From Gekko japonicus (taxonomy: Eukaryota): a DNA stretch of 64,000 bases. The stretch spans positions 1,181,998 to 1,245,997 of the forward strand of contig NW_015165236.1 in the NCBI RefSeq assembly GCF_001447785.1. Direction: 5' to 3'. The translations under genes and the position numbers were made by a program. Below, in pieces: positions 60,036-64,000 of the stretch (within the stretch, counting starts at the first letter, position 1; the number at the start of each line of letters is the position of its first letter). The notes under the pieces are model-generated. The model did not search any database and was not told the DNA's origin. It saw only the letters and a list, made by a program, of their open reading frames with translations.

Positions 60036-61098
60036 TTACTGGGACATCAGGTACACCGGTAGTTGGACATCAGGTACTGGAGGCCCAAGGCAGCATAAGT
60101 CGGGATCCGCAGCAGGTTGGAGCCATTTGCCGTTGAGTGATCTGCCTTGGGCTTCGTGTAGTCTGCCCGCCCCCTGTACAGTAAGGTTCTTCTTTGCAAG
60201 ACTGGCAGCTGACAATGAACCAAAATAGTCCCCATCAAGGAAGTTCCCACTAAGTGTGCCTGGCTGGCTGGCACGGTTGCGCCCTCCTTGGCCACCCCCC
60301 AGAAGCATCTGAGTGTCTGCTCTTGGCTGCTGGGCTTTGTGGGCCTCTCGTGTGGTCCCGCGGGTCTCCCTTTTTATGCCTCGTGGGCCTCTTGTGTGTT
60401 CCCTCTAAGTTCCACAGTGTTGTGAGCAGAAATTCTACCTTATGAGCAAAAAAAGCTAGTAGCATTAAAGTTGTGAGCGAGTCTACATTTGACTATCGGA
60501 TACATTAGTTTTTTAGAAGATTATTTCCATAACTTTGTAAAAATCTCAGTATAAATTCTTTTAAATTATATTTAAACTATATTTTAAGAATGATTTAAGC
60601 CAGTTTGGTGGAGAGCCAGTTTGGTGTCGTGGTTAAGTGCGCGGACTCTAATTGGGGAGAACTGGGTTTGATTCCCCCACTCCTCCACTTGCACCTGGCT
60701 GGATGACCTTGAGCAAGCCGTAGTTCTGATAAGAACTGTTCTTGAAAAAGAGCAGTTTCTGTCAAGAGCTCTCTCAGCCCCACCTACCTCCCAGGGTGTC
60801 TGTTGTGGGGANNNNNNNNNNNNNNNNNNNNNNNNNNNNNNNNNNNNNNNNNNNNNNNNNNNNNNNNNNNNNNNNNNNNNCCGCGGTCAGAAAAAAAACC
60901 CCCCCCCACGTGGGGGGGGGGGGGGGGGGGAACGGGGACGGACGACTCTTGCAGTCTACTTTGTTGTTTTTTTAGTGCAATACGAGAACCAGTATCGCAG
61001 GTCAAGTATAACAGAGGAGGAACAATCACTGTCAGAACCCTGCCTCTCCTAACAAAGAGGAAGTTGCTTAAATGTTCTCGATCTGCCCAAACGACTTA

Positions 61099-61617
61099 GG
61101 CTGCGGTCACACGGAGCATTAGCCACACTACAGAGACGGAAGATAGGCGGATTCTCCGGGTGCGATCACACTGACACATCTGGGAAGCGTAGAGCTCCCG
61201 TGGCTCACCTGAGGCTTCCCGCCGAAGATCCGGGGCAAAAAAGTAGTACCTCCAAGGTACTAGTTTCCGGAAACTGCGGGGCAAGGGCGGGCGTCTGATC
61301 GCGTTTCCGGTGGCATCCGGTGTCTGCCCATGTCCCCTTGCAAACAGGTCATTCCCCCCCCCCAAGTCTCCACGGATGCGCACAAGCACCCAACGGAGCA
61401 TGCGCACACTTCAGTTTAAAAAAGTTTTAAAAACCCAACAACCCCGTTTGCTGCGCCGCCCCGCTTCTTTGCCTGTCATGTGATCGGCACCTCCCCCCTA
61501 GCCACGGGACCTTGAGGGGACCTCGACCGGACATCTGATTGCGCAGTCGCGTTAGTTTGCCCCGGGGCAAACAGCCACGCTTCCCCCCCGCATTTTCCAG
61601 CCCGTGTGACCGGGGCC
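61099..61617. mobile_element. PIF/Harbinger-like MITE
   Basis: TIRs GGCTGCGGTCACACGG/CCGTGTGACCGGGGCC with flanks TTA/ATA; a partial second copy at ~32706-32935. Confidence 0.6.
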
Positions 61618-62147
61618 ATATTTATTCAAATAGTTATATCCCACTTTTCCTTGTGACTCAAGGCAGCTTACAAATCATACTGAAAAGCACAATAGGGCTG
61701 TTCAAAATATATATTCCCCCTGGCTCCATTGTAGCCTATGGGGACCATTACAGTCCATGGGCCCCAGAGGCTGTAATGAAGAACCAGGGGTATCTGGGGT
61801 CTGGGGGGGCTGCTTTTTGAGGTAGAAGCACCAAATTTGCAGCATAGCTGCTGGTGCCTCTCCTCAAACCCCCCCCCAAGTTTCAAAAAGATTGGACCAG
61901 GGGGTCCAATTCTGTGAGCCCCAGAAGGAGGTGCACCCATCCTCCACCCCCTAGCGCTGCTTAGATGGAACTCCACGGGCCCCTTGCAGGACGAACGGAT
62001 GGACGGGAAGGGGGTGTACTTTCTTCCGCTAGCGGCTGCAATGCCCCAGCTCTCTCTGAAGGTCCCCTGCTGCTGGGCTGACCCGCTTCCCATGGAGAGA
62101 CAGGGTTGGCTGCTCCTTTAACGGCCTGGTGCTTCTTGCCTTCTCAG

Positions 62148-62219
62148 CTCACTCCGTCTTCGTCTGCCTCTCGCCTTGGACATTTGAGCGATGTCTACCT
62201 TGATGAAGACTCCGAACTG
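62148..62219 (+). CDS. CLCN7: ClC-7 exon 2
   Basis: ttctcAG|LTPSSSASRLGHLSDVYLDEDSEL|GTgagt; 72 nt; resembles human [24 protein letters not shown]. Confidence 0.8.
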
Positions 62220-62367
62220 GTGAGTGAGCCATGAAGGCCTTGGGGCAGAAGGGGGGAGAACGGCTTTCCCGGGTGGCGGTCCATTAGTGCCAGGGGCGGA
62301 CCACTGGCCCTGGAAGTCCAAACGGTTTGGACGAGGATTGCAAGGGACGTGTTCTCGTGTCCCACAG

Positions 62368-62439
62368 GAAATGGATGCCCCCTGCTCCCTCCCCCACGAG
62401 ATCCCTCACAGTGAGAAGCTCCTGTCCCTCAAGTACGAG
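62368..62439 (+). CDS. CLCN7: ClC-7 exon 3
   Basis: ccacAG|EMDAPCSLPHEIPHSEKLLSLKYE|GTgaga. Confidence 0.93.
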
Positions 62440-62719
62440 GTGAGAAGCCTGCCGTAGCTGTCTTTCCGGTCAGAGACGCGGCATGTATACGGTTTTGCAG
62501 GGTCGAGAATCGGAGGCCGTTGCTGCATGTGGGAAACTCCCTGGCAGAACTGGGCTCACGATGATACCACAGGGTGGTGCAATCTTGGGGAACGTATCTT
62601 GTGGCTTCCTGGGCAAACGTGGACTCTTGCTTCGCCAACGACGGCTTTTCTATTTCACTTCCTGATTTCATTCAAGCCCTTTCTCTCCCCCCCGCCCCCC
62701 CCCCCGGTGTCAATTGCAG

Positions 62720-62782
62720 AGCTTGGACTACGACAATTGTGAGAACCAGCTCTTCCTGGAAGAGGAGAGGAGGAACCACACG
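62720..62782 (+). CDS. CLCN7: ClC-7 exon 4
   Basis: ttgcAG|SLDYDNCENQLFLEEERRNHT|GTgagt. Confidence 0.93.
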
Positions 62783-63141
62783 GTGAGTCTAGCCTGAAAA
62801 ATCTGGGAGGGCGCGGGGAGGGCAGAATGTGACCCCACAGGGCCTTTGGCCGCTCCGAGAGGCCTCTGGCAAGGCCCTGGCAATCTAAACACCGCGCAAT
62901 GAAGGGTACAGGATCCATCCAGCTTGCATCTCCTCCATCACTTTGACTGTTTCTGGTTTTGCCACTTTTACCAGCCATTTCGGTGGGCACTGACGGGCTG
63001 CCCTCAGCCCCTTGCAGTCCGTCAGCCCCCCAACCCCGTTTCCGACTCCAGAGCCTCCTTCCCCGCACCCTTTCAAGCAGAGCTTTGCAACTCTGTGGCA
63101 TAAAAGTTTTCTCACTCGTTTTTTTTTTAAAAAATGGACCT

Positions 63142-63275
63142 CGAGGTTCTCCTCGCTGGGCGGAACGTTGGCCCCCGAGGCTCCCCTCGCTGGGCGGAAC
63201 GTTGGCCCCCGAGGCTCCCCTCGCTGGGCGGAATGTTGGACCCCAAGGCTCCCCTCGCTGGGCGCAACGTTGGCC
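63142..63275. repeat. 34-bp GC-rich minisatellite x4 in CLCN7 intron 4
   Basis: cgaggctcccctcgctgggcggaacgttggcccc units at 63142, 63176, 63210 and 63244. Confidence 0.9.
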
Positions 63276-63385
63276 TCTTGTCAAACCGTGGGTTTTTCCC
63301 GTTCCTCGGGGCCATCGTAAAGGCTTGCTGAATGGATGGTTAGAAGGAGGCCCGCAGCCTGCTGAGTGTGACTGTTGCCCCACAG

Positions 63386-63518
63386 GCCTTCCGGACGGTG
63401 GAGATCCGGCGCTGGGTCATCTGCGCTCTGATTGGGATTTTTACCGGCCTCGTCGCCTGCTTCATCGACATCCTAGTGGAACGCCTGGCGGGGCTGAAGT
63501 ACAAAGTGGTGAAGGGAA
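63386..63518 (+). CDS. CLCN7: ClC-7 exon 5 (gene continues beyond the window)
   Basis: ccacAG|[44 protein letters not shown] a|GTATCCTTT. Confidence 0.95.
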
Positions 63519-63527
63519 GTATCCTTT
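63519..63527 (+). other. U12-type (minor spliceosome) 5' splice site
   Basis: GTATCCTTT matches the U12 donor consensus RTATCCTTT. Confidence 0.85.
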
Positions 63528-64000
63528 GGCGGCGCTGGTTGTGGAACTGCAAAGTAGTAGGAGAAAGCTTCTCTGAAAGGAAAAGTCAGACAGGACCAAG
63601 TAGAGCCAGTGGTTAAGAATGTCGAACTAGTACCAGGAAGACCCAGATATTCAGTCTGACGGAGCGCACAGTGTGAGCCCCATCTGGCAGGCCTCTGAGG
63701 TGGCAGCGAAGGCAGCGAAGGAGACATCTTCCCTCTGCCACCGTCACATCGACTGAATCTCACCTGGCTCCGTGTTTCAAAGAGGTTTCAGGGCTTGATA
63801 TCACCAGTCCAACCAGTGTTGTTCATTTGGCCCTGAGCAATATTGCTTTGGCAAGGTTTTCTGCTGATAAAGATTTCTCTCCTCTGTTCTGACGCGGAGG
63901 CTAGGTTGAGAGCAGATCCAGTCCTTGAGGTGTTGGAAACCCCTGCTCACCCTTTTGTTATGGATAGTTTCAGGTTGATCCTGCCCGAGGATGGGCTGAC

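Noticed and set aside
62655-63383. 242-aa minus-strand ORF
   Set aside because: Antisense to CLCN7 and kept open by the GC-rich 34-bp minisatellite.

Overview
Vertebrate genomic DNA, most likely a squamate reptile and probably a gecko, judging by abundant Squam3-like and Sauria SINEs and BovB. It contains seven N-gaps and is very repeat-rich. Spliced genes reconstructed from exon translations and GT/AG boundaries are: the last two exons of PLA2G10 (+), complete BFAR (-, 7 coding exons, 453 aa), complete PTX4 (+, 3 exons, 531 aa) and exons 1-5 of CLCN7 (+; intron 5 has a U12-type donor). The most unexpected item is two intact, spliceable terminal exons of an APRIL/TNFSF13-like TNF-family ligand (-, 9213-9072 and 8462-8353). 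They lie between PLA2G10 and the 3' end of BFAR, with none of their upstream exons found in the window and an in-frame ATG plus signal-peptide-like leader in front. The window also carries many Penelope-derived fold-back insertions with minimal hammerhead-ribozyme cores, more than 20 copies of a ~207-bp hAT MITE (two nested into their own internal site), a Helitron-like element, 5S-derived SINEs and a 162-bp near-perfect palindrome. BFAR sits head-to-head with PTX4, unlike the human arrangement. All homology calls are from memory of the protein and repeat families; no searches were run.
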